Shown piece after piece: positions 42,680 through 52,564 of a stretch of DNA of 64,000 nt (the first letter of the stretch is position 1; every line of letters begins with the position of its first letter). The notes below the pieces were generated by a model that did not search any database, was not told where the DNA came from, and saw only the letters and a program-made list of their open reading frames with translations. The translations under genes and the position numbers were made by a program. Origin of the DNA: Candidatus Marinacidobacterium sp. GTDB taxonomy: Bacteria > Acidobacteriota > Vicinamibacteria > Marinacidobacterales > Marinacidobacteraceae. Location: assembly GCA_965220965.1 (NCBI GenBank), contig OZ244852.1:2400001-2464000 (forward strand), read 5' to 3'.

Positions 42680-44233
42680 ATGCGTCGCGGTCTCCGTCGG
42701 TTCCCCCTCCCGGCCGGTCCTCGGGACCGGTGCGGCCGCCTGCGGACGCGGCGCGCGCGGGCGGGCGTCACCCTGGTCCTCTTGCTGGCGGGCGGGGTCT
42801 GTGGCGCCGCCGCCCAGGGGATCGCGCCGCTCCGGATCATCCACGAGGGAGACGCCGCCCGCGTCCCGGTCCGGCTGCTCAACGGGGTCGAAATGGTGGC
42901 GCTCCGGGAAGTCGCTGACGCGGTCTCCGGCGCGCTGCGCCCCGGCGCCGGGGATCGCGAGGTGGAGCTGCTGGTCGCCGGAGAGCGGATCCGGATCGAG
43001 GCGGGCCGGAGCTTTGTGGGCGTGGGGCGTCGGGATCGCCTTCTCGCCAACCCCGTCGTCTTGCGCGGGGGCGACTGGTACGTCCCGATCGACTTCGTGT
43101 CGCGGGTGCTGCTCGACGTCCTGCCTCCCGGCAGCCGCTATGACCAGGGGGGCCGCGCCCTTGCGGTCGGAGGAGGCCACCCGACCCTCGAGGTGGACAT
43201 CCTCCCCCGGCCGGGGATGACGCGCATCGAAGTCGCAACCGACCCGCCCGTCTCCGTTGACCTCGAGGAGAGCGGACGCGGGTTCCGGATCCTGGTCGAC
43301 GCCCCGTTCGTCGAAACCGCGTTTGTCGGTGAGGCGCCGCGCGACGGGGTTGTCGAGCGGGTGGACCTGCGCCAGATCGGCGACCGCTATGTCCTCGACA
43401 TCATGACCGGCCGCAGTTTCAGTCGGCTCCGCCAGGAGAGGAGCTCCGGGCGGTTTGCGCTGGATCTGATCCGCTCCGGGGTCCGGGCCGAGTCGGGGGC
43501 CGGGATTCTGCCGCCGCTCCCCGGGATGGGGCCCGAACCGGTTCGCCCCCGCCCGGACCTGTCGCGCCGGCCGGCGGCGGCGCGCGAGATCCGGATCGTC
43601 GCGATCGACCCGGGCCACGGTGGAAGCGATTTCGGGGCGGCTGGGTCCGGAAGGGGCCTCTCCGAGAAGGACCTGACGCTGTCGGTAGCCCTCGCGCTCG
43701 CCCGCCTGCTGGAGCGGGAGCACGGTCTGCAGGTCGTGCTGACCCGCGAAAGCGATCGCGAGGTCGGCCTCGACGACCGGGCGGTGGTGGCCAACGCGGC
43801 CCGCGCCGACCTGCTGGTGAGCCTTCATGTGAACGCGTCGCCCAGTCCCAACGCCCGCGGGGTCCTCGTCTATCACCATGCGCCGATCAGCAGCGCGCGT
43901 CCGGCGGACGGGCAGGCGGTGCGCTTCGTGGCGTGGCAGGAAGCGCAGGCCGCGGCGCTTCCCGGATCGCGCGAACTGGCGCGGGCGATCGCCGGCGCCC
44001 TCGCGAATCTCGAGCTCCCGGTGCGCGGCGTCGCCGACGCTCCCGTCCGCCTCCTCGCCGGGGCCGCGATGCCCGCCGTCCAGGTCGAACTCGGGTTCAT
44101 CACGTCCCAGCGGGATCGGCGGGTGCTTGGCGAGCCCGGGTTTCCGGAGCGGGCCGCGCGCGCCATCGCCGACGGGATCCTCCGCTTCCGGACCCGGGAG
44201 CCTTCGCGACGCCCGACGGGGGGTGTCCGCTGA
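42680..44233 (+). CDS. N-acetylmuramoyl-L-alanine amidase (Amidase_3)
   Basis: IDPGHGG, SEKD, LTR, SLHVN, VELGF; signal peptide and N-terminal accessory domains. Confidence 0.9.
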   Translation: MRRGLRRFPLPAGPRDRCGRLRTRRARAGVTLVLLLAGGVCGAAAQGIAPLRIIHEGDAARVPVRLLNGVEMVALREVADAVSGALRPGAGDREVELLVAGERIRIEAGRSFVGVGRRDRLLANPVVLRGGDWYVPIDFVSRVLLDVLPPGSRYDQGGRALAVGGGHPTLEVDILPRPGMTRIEVATDPPVSVDLEESGRGFRILVDAPFVETAFVGEAPRDGVVERVDLRQIGDRYVLDIMTGRSFSRLRQERSSGRFALDLIRSGVRAESGAGILPPLPGMGPEPVRPRPDLSRRPAAAREIRIVAIDPGHGGSDFGAAGSGRGLSEKDLTLSVALALARLLEREHGLQVVLTRESDREVGLDDRAVVANAARADLLVSLHVNASPSPNARGVLVYHHAPISSARPADGQAVRFVAWQEAQAAALPGSRELARAIAGALANLELPVRGVADAPVRLLAGAAMPAVQVELGFITSQRDRRVLGEPGFPERAARAIADGILRFRTREPSRRPTGGVR

Positions 44234-44799
44234 GGCAGCGTCTCGCGTTCGCCCTGACCGCTCTCCTGGCGGGCTGCGGCTCTCCCATGCCGTCCGACGA
44301 CCCGGGCGGGGCGGGTCCGCTGGCGCGGGCGGAGGCCGGCGACCCCCCTTCCGTCGTCGCGGGAGTCGATGAACCGACGAACGCCCGACTCTTCGCCGTG
44401 GGCCCCGACGGGCTGTTGATCGCCCGCGAGGTCGAGCTGCCGGGGACTTCGACGACCCGCTCGCGCGCCGAGGCGCTCGTCCGCCAGCTCGTCGAGGAGT
44501 CCGGCGCGTTTCCCGAGGGCGCCGGGGTGCTCGACGTCTTCGTGAGCGGGCGCGGGGTCGCCGTCGTCAATTTCACCCTCGACCTGCTGGAGGGGCATCC
44601 GGGCGGCCTGCTCGCCGAGGAGCTCACGGTGTACAGCCTGAGCCACTCGCTCGTCGTGAGCTTCCCGGCGATCGTCGAGGTCCGGCTCCTCGTCGAAGGC
44701 CGCGCGCCCGAGACCCTCGCCGGGCATCTCGACCTGCGCTTCGGGTACCGCCGGGCCCCGGACCGGCTCCTCGCCGATCCGGACGCCGGCGTCCTGTGA
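44230..44799 (+). CDS. GerMN-domain lipoprotein
   Basis: LLAGC lipobox; FPEG, VVNF, VRLLVEG, TLAGHLDL; CTG start inferred. Confidence 0.82.
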   Translation: MRQRLAFALTALLAGCGSPMPSDDPGGAGPLARAEAGDPPSVVAGVDEPTNARLFAVGPDGLLIAREVELPGTSTTRSRAEALVRQLVEESGAFPEGAGVLDVFVSGRGVAVVNFTLDLLEGHPGGLLAEELTVYSLSHSLVVSFPAIVEVRLLVEGRAPETLAGHLDLRFGYRRAPDRLLADPDAGVL

Positions 44800-45536
44800 G
44801 GCGGGCCCGGGCCGGGGGACGCGGCCCCCGGGAACTGCGCCCGGTTTCGTTCCAGACCGGGTTCCTCCGGAGCGCGCCGGCGTCTGTCCTTGTCTCCCAG
44901 GGCCTCACCCGCGTGATCGCCGCGGTCAGCATCGAGGAGGGCGTGCCCGGCTGGCTTCGGGGACGGGGCCGGGGCTGGCTCACCGCGGAATACGGAATGC
45001 TGCCGATGTCCTCCGGCGAGCGGATCCGTCGCGACCGCGGCGGCGTCCCCGGACGCACCACCGAGATCCAGCGCCTGATCGGCCGGTCGCTCCGCGCCGC
45101 GGTGGACCTCCACCGCCTTGGCGAGCACACCGTGCGGGTCGACTGCGATGTGATCGAGGCCGATGGAGGGACCCGCACTGCGGCGATCACCGGCGCCTTC
45201 GTGGCGCTTGCGCTCGCCTTCGGGGAGTTGGTCCGTCGGCGACAGGTCCCGGAGAACCCGCTCGTCCACCAGCTCGCCGCCGTGAGCGTCGGCGTGGTGG
45301 ACGGCGAGGCGCGACTCGATCTCGACTACGCCGAAGACTCCCGGGCCAGCGTGGATCTGAACGTGGTCCAGACGGCGGACGGGCGCTTCGTGGAAGTCCA
45401 GGGGAGCGCCGAGGGTCGCCCCTTCGCCCGACCCGCCCTCGACGAAATGCTCGACGCCGCCCAGGAGGGGATCGCGCGCCTGCTGGGACGCCAGCGCGAG
45501 GCGCTGGCCGGGGTCGCGCTTCCGGAAGGCCTCTGA
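44796..45536 (+). CDS. rph: Ribonuclease PH
   Basis: GWLTAEYGMLP, EIQRLIGRSLRA, DGGTRTAAITG, EVQGSAE. Confidence 0.96.
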   Translation: MRRARAGGRGPRELRPVSFQTGFLRSAPASVLVSQGLTRVIAAVSIEEGVPGWLRGRGRGWLTAEYGMLPMSSGERIRRDRGGVPGRTTEIQRLIGRSLRAAVDLHRLGEHTVRVDCDVIEADGGTRTAAITGAFVALALAFGELVRRRQVPENPLVHQLAAVSVGVVDGEARLDLDYAEDSRASVDLNVVQTADGRFVEVQGSAEGRPFARPALDEMLDAAQEGIARLLGRQREALAGVALPEGL

Positions 45537-45541
45537 CGAGG

Positions 45542-46225
45542 ATGGAGTCCCCCTCGTCTCCCGCCGCGGCCGAGTTGCTCCTCGCGACCGGGAACCGCGG
45601 CAAGGTTCGCGAGATGCGCGCAGCGCTCGCCGGCCTCGGGCTGGATCTCCTCGACCTTTCGCAGCTCGCGGGCCCCGCCCCGGAAGAACCCGAGGAAACG
45701 GGCGAGGGCTTCCTCGACAACGCCGGGATCAAGGCGCTCCACTACCACGCCGCTACCGGTTTGCCGGCTCTCGCCGAGGATTCCGGGCTCGAGGTGGATG
45801 CGCTCGCTGGCGGTCCGGGCGTCCGCTCCGCTCGCTGGCTGGGGAAACAGACCCCGTACTCACAGAAGAACCGGAGGTTGATCGAGATCGTGGACGAGTG
45901 GATGACCGAAGCTCCAGGGCGCGGTCGCGGCGCCCGCTACCGCTCGGCGACCGCGCTCGCGCTGGACGGCCGGATCGTGTTCCGCTCGGCGGGGGTCGTC
46001 GAGGGGACCATCACCCGCGCGCCCAGGGGCGACGGCGGATTCGGCTATGACCCCGTCTTCTTCGTCCCCGAACTCGGCCGGACGATGGCCGAACTGACCG
46101 TCGCCGAAAAGCAGGAGATCAGCCACCGGGGCCGCGCGCTGGCGCCGGTGCGCCGTTTCCTGAAGGCCGCCCTTTCCACGCTCTGGCCCGTCCCGGCCGG
46201 AGCGCTTCCCGGAGAACTCTCATGA
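45542..46225 (+). CDS. rdgB: Non-canonical purine NTP pyrophosphatase
   Basis: ATGNRGK, EDSGL, PGVRSAR, GFGYDP, SHRGRA. Confidence 0.94.
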   Translation: MESPSSPAAAELLLATGNRGKVREMRAALAGLGLDLLDLSQLAGPAPEEPEETGEGFLDNAGIKALHYHAATGLPALAEDSGLEVDALAGGPGVRSARWLGKQTPYSQKNRRLIEIVDEWMTEAPGRGRGARYRSATALALDGRIVFRSAGVVEGTITRAPRGDGGFGYDPVFFVPELGRTMAELTVAEKQEISHRGRALAPVRRFLKAALSTLWPVPAGALPGELS

Positions 46226-46782
46226 CGGTTTCCCTGTTGTCCCTGTGGCTTCCGATCCTGCTGTCGGCGGTCGCGGTCTTCTTCGCCAGCTTCCTGCTGA
46301 ACAGCGTGCTCAAGTGGCACAAGAACGACGTGACCGGACTGCCCGACGAGGACAAGGTCGCCGCCGCCCTGCGCGAGTTCGAGATCCCGCCCGGCGACTA
46401 CGTCGTCCCGTGGTGTGACGACCCGAAGCAGATGGCGGATCCGGCGTTCCAGGCGAAGTGCAAGTCGGGCCCGGTCGGGATCTTCACGTTCCTTCCGAAC
46501 CAACCGTTCGCGATGGGCCAGAGCCTGATCCTGTGGTTCCTCTACTCCGTCGTCGTGAGCGGGATGGCCGCCTTCGCCGCTGGCGTCGCCATCGGCCCGG
46601 GCGCCGATTACCTGGTCGTCTTCCGCGTTGTGAGCGTGGTCGCGTTCGCGGGGTATGCGATGGGAGTCTTCCAGGCCTCCATCTGGTGGGGCCGGCAGTG
46701 GCGCTATTCGCTGCGAACCGCGGTCGACGCCCTGGTCTACGCCTGGCTCACGGCGGGATTCTTCGGCTGGCTCTGGCCGTGA
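46222..46782 (+). CDS. Hypothetical integral membrane protein
   Basis: About four hydrophobic segments; ATGA coupling to rdgB. Confidence 0.8.
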   Translation: MTVSLLSLWLPILLSAVAVFFASFLLNSVLKWHKNDVTGLPDEDKVAAALREFEIPPGDYVVPWCDDPKQMADPAFQAKCKSGPVGIFTFLPNQPFAMGQSLILWFLYSVVVSGMAAFAAGVAIGPGADYLVVFRVVSVVAFAGYAMGVFQASIWWGRQWRYSLRTAVDALVYAWLTAGFFGWLWP

Positions 46783-47099
46783 CGCCGTGAACTGCGGGCC
46801 AGGAATCGCAAACTGCGCTGCGCGCGAGTTTCCGATTCGAGCAGTTCGATTGCGGGAGGGGGACACCCCCTCCCGGGCCCCCACCGGGAGAACTGGCCCT
46901 CCCCCGGGCCACGCAGCGGCGCGGAGGCGAGGCCCGGAAGCTCGTCCTCAATGAACTTCCCCTCGGCGGCCCCTTCCGCAACTCCCCTCAAGGGCGCCTG
47001 ACAGTGTCGTCTCCCTGGCAACCCGGAATGTCGCACTCTCCGGGAGAACGTGTGGCCGAGCCGGAGCGGCGCTGAGCCCTCTCCAGTATCTTCCCCGCG

Positions 47100-48647
47100 G
47101 TGTCTCCCAGCGTTCTGCGCAGCTACCTGGCCGGCGCCTGGCTCGACGGTTCCGGGCGGGAGCGCCTCCTCCGGGATGCGTCGACCGGCGAACCCGTGGC
47201 CTCTCTCCGCAGTGGGGGACACGATCTCGGGGCCGCGCTCCGGCACGGCCGCGAGGTCGGAGGTCCGGCGCTCCGTTCTCTCACCTTCCGTCAGCGGGGC
47301 GCGCTGGTGGCGGACCTCGCGCGGGCGCTGCGGGGGCGCCGGGAAGAACTGCTGGATGTGGCCCAGACCTACGGGGCGACGCGGGGCGACGCGCAATTCG
47401 ACGTGGACGGCGGGCTCGGAACCCTCGGCTACTACGGGAAGCTGGGCCGGTCGCTCCCCGACGCGCCCCACCTGCTCGACGGCGGGGTGGAGCCGCTTTC
47501 GCGCGAGGGCGGGTTCGCCGGGCGGCACATCCTGGTTCCGCGGGAAGGAGTGGCGATCCAGATCAACGCCTACAACTTCCCCTGTTGGGGCCCGCTCGAG
47601 AAACTCGCACCGGCGCTGCTCGCCGGGGCTCCAAGCCTCGTCAAGCCGGCCACGCGGACGGCGCTGCTGACCAGCCGGCTGGTCGAGCAAATCGTCGAGA
47701 CCGGGATCCTCCCCGAGGGAGCGATCCAGTTGCTGGTCGGAAGCGCGGGCGACCTGCTCGACCACCTGGAATCGCAGGACATCGTTCTGTTCACCGGTTC
47801 CGCGGCGACCGCCCGCCAGATCCGGGCCCATCCCCGCGTCGTCCGTGAGTCGGTCCGCGTCAACGTGGAAGCCGATTCGCTCAACGCAGCCGTTCTGGGG
47901 CCGGACGGCGCGCCCGGGTCCGCCGTGCGCAAGGCGTTCCTGCGCGAGCTCCGCCGGGAGATGTCCCAGAAGGCCGGACAGAAGTGCACCGCGATTCGCC
48001 GGGCCTTTGCGCCCGCGGGCGAGATGGAGTCGCTCGCCGGGGAGATCCGTTCGCTGGTGACCGGGCTCCGTCCCGCCGACCCGCGGAGCGAGGACGCCCG
48101 GATGGGACCGCTGGTGGATCCGGAAGCGGCTGAGGCCTGCCGCGAAGCGCTCGCCGCGCTGGCCGACGAAGTGGAGGTCATGGCCGGGGAGCCGAATGAG
48201 GCCCTGACCGGATCGGCGGCGTTTCCGCCGCTGGCGCTGCGGCTGCGGCCCGGCGCCCGCGCCGACGCCGTCCATCGGGTCGAGGTGTTCGGCCCGGTCG
48301 TCACCCTCCTGCCGTACGAGGATGCTGACGATGCCGCGGCCGGCATCCGCGCCGGAGGCGGAAGCCTCGTCACCTCGGTGTTCAGCGAGGACCGGGCGTT
48401 CCTCGGCCGGCTGGTCGCCGGGGCGGCGGCGTGGAACGGCCGGGTTCTGGCGGCCTCGGGACGGGCGCTCTCCGAGTCCACCGGTCACGGGACGGTGATG
48501 CCCCAGCTCCTCCACGGCGGACCGGGACGCGCCGGGGGCGGCGAGGAACTCGGAGGCCTTCGGGCGCTGAACCCGTTCCTGAACCGGTGCGCTGTCCAGG
48601 GAGATCCCGGGATGCTCGCGGAGCTCTTCCCGGAGCTGGATCGCTGA
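47100..48647 (+). CDS. Aldehyde dehydrogenase, BoxD/PaaZ N-terminal type (3,4-dehydroadipyl-CoA semialdehyde dehydrogenase-like)
   Basis: INAYNFP, FTGS, EADSLN, GQKCTA, EVFGP, HGGPGRAGGGEELGG; no MaoC domain. Confidence 0.88.
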   Translation: MSPSVLRSYLAGAWLDGSGRERLLRDASTGEPVASLRSGGHDLGAALRHGREVGGPALRSLTFRQRGALVADLARALRGRREELLDVAQTYGATRGDAQFDVDGGLGTLGYYGKLGRSLPDAPHLLDGGVEPLSREGGFAGRHILVPREGVAIQINAYNFPCWGPLEKLAPALLAGAPSLVKPATRTALLTSRLVEQIVETGILPEGAIQLLVGSAGDLLDHLESQDIVLFTGSAATARQIRAHPRVVRESVRVNVEADSLNAAVLGPDGAPGSAVRKAFLRELRREMSQKAGQKCTAIRRAFAPAGEMESLAGEIRSLVTGLRPADPRSEDARMGPLVDPEAAEACREALAALADEVEVMAGEPNEALTGSAAFPPLALRLRPGARADAVHRVEVFGPVVTLLPYEDADDAAAGIRAGGGSLVTSVFSEDRAFLGRLVAGAAAWNGRVLAASGRALSESTGHGTVMPQLLHGGPGRAGGGEELGGLRALNPFLNRCAVQGDPGMLAELFPELDR

Positions 48648-48663
48648 CCGGGCCTCCCGCCCC

Positions 48664-48669
48664 TATAAT
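48664..48669 (+). promoter_or_regulatory. -10 box of the tRNA operon
   Basis: Perfect TATAAT 12 nt before tRNA-Pro. Confidence 0.65.
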
Positions 48670-48681
48670 CCCGGGGCTTCT

Positions 48682-48755
48682 CGGGGCGTGGCGCAGTCTG
48701 GCAGCGCGCCTGCTTTGGGAGCAGGAAGCCGGAGGTTCAAATCCTCTCGCCCCGA
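48682..48755 (+). tRNA. tRNA-Pro(UGG)
   Basis: Acceptor CGGGGCG/CGCCCCG, anticodon arm CCTGC-TTTGGGA-GCAGG, GGTTCAAATCC; CCA not encoded. Confidence 0.95.
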
Positions 48756-48798
48756 CGAGCGACCCTCCCGGGTCGCCGGGCCGGGACCGGGCGCGCGA

Positions 48799-48875
48799 GC
48801 GCCAGTAGCTCAGCTGGACAGAGCGGCGGCCTTCTAAGCCGCGGGTCGGGGGTTCGAATCCTCCCTGGCGCGCCA
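48799..48875 (+). tRNA. tRNA-Arg(UCU)
   Basis: GCGCCAG/CTGGCGC, GCGGC-CTTCTAA-GCCGC, GGTTCGAATCC, encoded CCA. Confidence 0.96.
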
Positions 48876-48897
48876 GCGTCGGCGGGCTGCGCCGGCT

Positions 48898-48970
48898 GGT
48901 GGATGTAGCTCAATGGCAGAGCACCGGATTGTGGTTCCGGTGGTTGGGGGTTCGAGTCCCCTCATCCACC
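48898..48970 (+). tRNA. tRNA-His(GUG)
   Basis: G-1 plus GTGGATG/CATCCAC, C discriminator, CCGGA-TTGTGGT-TCCGG. Confidence 0.95.
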
Positions 48971-48983
48971 CCGGTTCATCCGC

Positions 48984-49904
48984 TCAACCGCCCTTCCGGC
49001 GCAGATGCAGGATGTGGAAGAGCGCCGAGATCGGCAGCACGTCCTTTCGTCCGGCGACGAAGCGGTCCTGCAGATCCTGCGGGGAGTAGTTCGCGAGCAC
49101 CTCCCACTCCGCGCTCAGCCCGAGGTCCTCCGCTGGCTCTTCGGGATCGACGGTCGAGACCTGGGGTTCGCCGTGTTCCAGGACAAACGCCTCGACCCTG
49201 TCGAAGTGGCGCTGATCCTCCGGGGAGGCCAGGGTCTCCCGGGGTCGGCGGAAGTCCAGAACCAGTTCGGATCCGGGGGCGGCCAGCCTCGTCGTGAGCC
49301 GCAGGGTCTCCCGCACCGCGGCGGCCTCCAGGTAGTAGGTCACCCCGACGAACGAGAACACCGCGGGCGCCGACGGGTCGAACCCGGAGTCGGTGAGCTT
49401 CGCCGAGAGGTCATCGCGCTCGAAGTCGACTTCCACGAAACGCACGCAGGGCGGGATGGCGACATCGGCGGCGGCCAGTTGCTTCTTCTTGAGTTGCGAG
49501 GTGGCGGCCAGGTCCACCTCGAACACTTCGATGCCTTCCTCGGGGTGGCGGAGACCAAACGTGTCGAACCCGGCGCCGAGGATCACCAACTGCTTCACGC
49601 CGCGGCGCGCGGCGTCGAGGGTGACGTCGTCGGCCGTGCGGGCCCGCGTCAGGACGAACGTCGCGGTCCGCATGAGGTCGCCCAGCTTCCGGCGGACGAG
49701 CCAACGCTTGAAGCGGCTTCGCACCGCCCCCGCCCAGCGCGGGCCCAGGAAATGGACCGCGAACGGGTCTTCGACGATCAGCGGACGCCGGCCGCTCAGG
49801 TAGTGGTCGGCTCGCCCGGCCGCCACCGACTCCGCGGTCTGGCTCCCGCGGTCGCGGCTCAGGTTGCCCGTGCCGCCTGTCGGGCTGGTGTCGCTGTCGG
49901 TCAC
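48984..49904 (-). CDS. SAM-dependent methyltransferase (LCM family)
   Basis: TAESVAAGRA, DPFA, QLVILGAGFDT, FEVD, GVTYYL. Confidence 0.9.
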   Translation of the reverse strand: MTDSDTSPTGGTGNLSRDRGSQTAESVAAGRADHYLSGRRPLIVEDPFAVHFLGPRWAGAVRSRFKRWLVRRKLGDLMRTATFVLTRARTADDVTLDAARRGVKQLVILGAGFDTFGLRHPEEGIEVFEVDLAATSQLKKKQLAAADVAIPPCVRFVEVDFERDDLSAKLTDSGFDPSAPAVFSFVGVTYYLEAAAVRETLRLTTRLAAPGSELVLDFRRPRETLASPEDQRHFDRVEAFVLEHGEPQVSTVDPEEPAEDLGLSAEWEVLANYSPQDLQDRFVAGRKDVLPISALFHILHLRRKGG

Positions 49905-50205
49905 GGTGCTTCGGTCCCCTCGTTGAGAATGCGCAGACAGGCATCGTAGGCGAACACCAGCGGGCGTCGTTCCGCCTCGAGGCGGACGACGATGCCGACC
50001 CGCTGCAGTTCGTCGATGACGCCCCTGACAGTCGGGCGGGACAGACCCGTGGAGTCCATGAGGTCCCGAATGCGGGTGACCGGTCGCCGCCTGAGCGATT
50101 CGTGAATCCGCAGAGCGGACGCCGCCCGGCCCCCGAACTGACGGATCAGACCCCGATCCTCGTCGAAGCGCCGCATGAGCCGGTCGGCGTCTCCGCCACC
50201 TGCTC
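49901..50205 (-). pseudogene. C-terminal remnant of a Fic-family protein
   Basis: FDEDR...TGLSRPTV...FAYDACLRILNEGTE resembles a Fic C-terminal HTH; apparent frameshift after EQVAET; no HPFxDGNGR core. Confidence 0.65.
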
Positions 50206-50354
50206 CGATCCGGGAGGCTCGCCCGGCCCGCCGCCAATGAACATCAAGAGACGTTCCACTTGACGACGTCAGCGCAAAGAATCGGCGTGAATCTTTACGT
50301 TCCCGCAATTCCGGCGACGGGCCCGGGCCGTGTCGAGGCTTTTCGTCCGGGCTG

Positions 50355-51452
50355 CTACGGGACAATGACGGCCTTCGTCACCCGGAGCGCCGCCACATCG
50401 TCGAGCGCCTGATCGGCGGCCTCCAGCGGATAGCGCTTTCCGATCACCGGAGCGAACCGGATCCGGTCGCGATGGCGCACGAGGGTGTCGAGCGCCCGGG
50501 TCCAGTGGTGGAACTCGCTGCCCCACTGACCCCGGACCTCGGCGTGCTTGCGGTTGAGGTCGATGTGCGGGTTCACCGCGATCTCGCCGGCGTCGGTGTA
50601 GTGCCCCACGATCACGTAGCGACCTCCGTCGCGGAGCATCGCGAACCCCTCGGGGAGCGCGCGGGGGTTGCCGCTGGCTTCGATCACGATGTCCGCGCCT
50701 CGCCCCCCGGTGTGCGCCCGCGCCCGTTCGGCCCGCTCCTCCGGGCTCGACCCGTCGAGAGCGAGCGCTTCGTCGGCGCCCAGGTCGAGAGCGAGCGCCC
50801 GCCGCGCCGCGGGTTCGCCGACCGCGAGGATCGTTCCCGCGCCCGCCGCGCGGGCGAAGGCGATCGCCGCGAGCCCCACCGGGCCGACCCCCTGCACGAT
50901 GACGCTGTCGGCGAGCCGCAGCCCGGCGCGATCCACCGCCGAGAACCCGGTGAACAGTCCGCAGCCCCCGCCGATCAGGTCGTCGACCGAGAGCTCCTCC
51001 GGGACCCTGAGGGTCAGCACCGCGCGGAGAAGCAGGATGTGGTCGGACCAGCCGCCGAGCAGACCCTGCGCCGCCGGATAGGTGATCCCGTAGACCCGAC
51101 GCTCGGGGCAGCGGTTGGGCTGGCGCGCGACCAGGCACTGATAGCAGGCGTGGCAGGTCGCGTGGACGTCGAAGAAGGTGACGAGGTCGCCCTCCCGGAG
51201 CCGGTTGCCGACGCCGTCACGCTCCACTCCGTTCGCGGCGGCGATGCGGCCCACGCTCACGTGCCCGGGGATGATGGGGTAGGGCACACCGGCGAGCCGC
51301 CCCTCGCGAAGGTGCACATCGGTGCCGCAGACCTCGGATGCGACCGTCGTCAGCAGGACTTCCCCCGGCCCCGGGTCCGGCAGCGGGAACTCGCGGATCT
51401 CGACCGGCCGGCCAGGGGCCGGGAGCACGGCGGCCCGCGCCTTCCGGGTCAC
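50355..51452 (-). CDS. Zinc-binding alcohol dehydrogenase (MDR)
   Basis: VCGTD, PGH, CHACYQC...C, GVGPVG. Confidence 0.92.
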   Translation of the reverse strand: MTRKARAAVLPAPGRPVEIREFPLPDPGPGEVLLTTVASEVCGTDVHLREGRLAGVPYPIIPGHVSVGRIAAANGVERDGVGNRLREGDLVTFFDVHATCHACYQCLVARQPNRCPERRVYGITYPAAQGLLGGWSDHILLLRAVLTLRVPEELSVDDLIGGGCGLFTGFSAVDRAGLRLADSVIVQGVGPVGLAAIAFARAAGAGTILAVGEPAARRALALDLGADEALALDGSSPEERAERARAHTGGRGADIVIEASGNPRALPEGFAMLRDGGRYVIVGHYTDAGEIAVNPHIDLNRKHAEVRGQWGSEFHHWTRALDTLVRHRDRIRFAPVIGKRYPLEAADQALDDVAALRVTKAVIVP

Positions 51453-51601
51453 GGCGTCCCCCTTCCGCTGGCGGAGGCGTGACTGGATCTCTGGAGGTCG
51501 TCGTCGTCGCAGCGCATCAGCGGCCCCCGCCCCTTTGGCATTCTCGGGCCGGAGCCTACTCCTCTGGCCGCGGGATTTCGGGTGGTAGCCTCGCGCGCCT
51601 G

Positions 51602-52498
51602 ATGGCGATCCGGCAGATCGGGTTCATCGGACTCGGCGTCATGGGCCGGCCCATGGCGAAGCGGCTCCTCGGCGCCGGGTTCGAGCTCAGCGTCCACAGC
51701 CGCTCGCCGGCGCCGGTGGACGAACTGGTCGCCGCCGGCGCCCGGCGCACGGGATCTCCGGCCGAGTGCGCCGAGGGACGGGACGCCGTGGTCCTCATGC
51801 TGCCGGATTCACCGGACTCCGAGCTCGTCGTGCTCGGGTCCGGCGGCGTTCTCGAGAGCAGGCGTCCGCCGCCGGTCGTTGCGGACATGTCCTCGATCCG
51901 CCCGGGGGTGTCGCGGCGGATCGCCGAAGAGTGCTCGGCTCGCGGTGTCGCCTTCGTGGACGCCCCGGTCAGCGGCGGGGAACCGGCGGCGGTCGCGGGA
52001 ACGCTCGCCATCATGGCGGGGGGCGACCGCGCGGCGTTCGAGGCGCTCGGTCCGGTGTTCGACGTCGTGGGGAAGAGCGCCGTGCTCTGCGGCCCGGTGG
52101 GCGCCGGGGGCGCGGTGAAGCTCGCGAACCAGATGATCGTGGCGTCGAACATTCAGGCGCTTGCGGAAGCCCTGGTGTTCGCTGTCCGGTCCGGCCTCGA
52201 CCCGGCGGTCGTCCTCGAGGCGATCCGCGGCGGGCTCGCCGGGAGCGCCGTGCTCGAGCAGAAGGGCCCGAAGATGATCGCCGGCGATTGGCGGCCCGGC
52301 TTTCGCCTCGAGCTCCACCTGAAGGACCTGAACAACGCGATGTCCGCCGCCAAGGACGCCGGAAGCCCGGTCCCGTTCACGACGATCGTCCGCCAGTTCG
52401 TCGAGACGCTCGTCTCGACCGGTCACGCCTCCGAGGACCACGCCGCCATCGCCCGCTACTGTGAGGACGCGGCCGGGACCAGGATCGCTCCGCGCTGA
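51602..52498 (+). CDS. 2-hydroxy-3-oxopropionate reductase / beta-hydroxyacid dehydrogenase
   Basis: IGLGVMG, DAPVSGG, KLANQ, PGFRLELHLKDL. Confidence 0.9.
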   Translation: MAIRQIGFIGLGVMGRPMAKRLLGAGFELSVHSRSPAPVDELVAAGARRTGSPAECAEGRDAVVLMLPDSPDSELVVLGSGGVLESRRPPPVVADMSSIRPGVSRRIAEECSARGVAFVDAPVSGGEPAAVAGTLAIMAGGDRAAFEALGPVFDVVGKSAVLCGPVGAGGAVKLANQMIVASNIQALAEALVFAVRSGLDPAVVLEAIRGGLAGSAVLEQKGPKMIAGDWRPGFRLELHLKDLNNAMSAAKDAGSPVPFTTIVRQFVETLVSTGHASEDHAAIARYCEDAAGTRIAPR

Positions 52499-52544
52499 GC
52501 CCCGTCCGCCCCTGGCGTTTGGCGGCATTTCTTCACTTCAGTCC

Positions 52545-52564
52545 AAATTTGCCGCGGCAAATTT
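52545..52564. promoter_or_regulatory. Perfect 20-bp palindrome, candidate operator
   Basis: AAATTTGCCGCGGCAAATTT in an AT-rich leader upstream of the AAA gene. Confidence 0.55.

Noticed and set aside
41195-43879. Apparent 894-aa Ino1 fusion
   Set aside because: The N-terminal half is antisense to the amidase gene; Ino1 homology begins at ATG 42547
48682-50354. tRNA cluster as a possible island integration site
   Set aside because: No integrase and no duplicated tRNA 3' end noticed in the window
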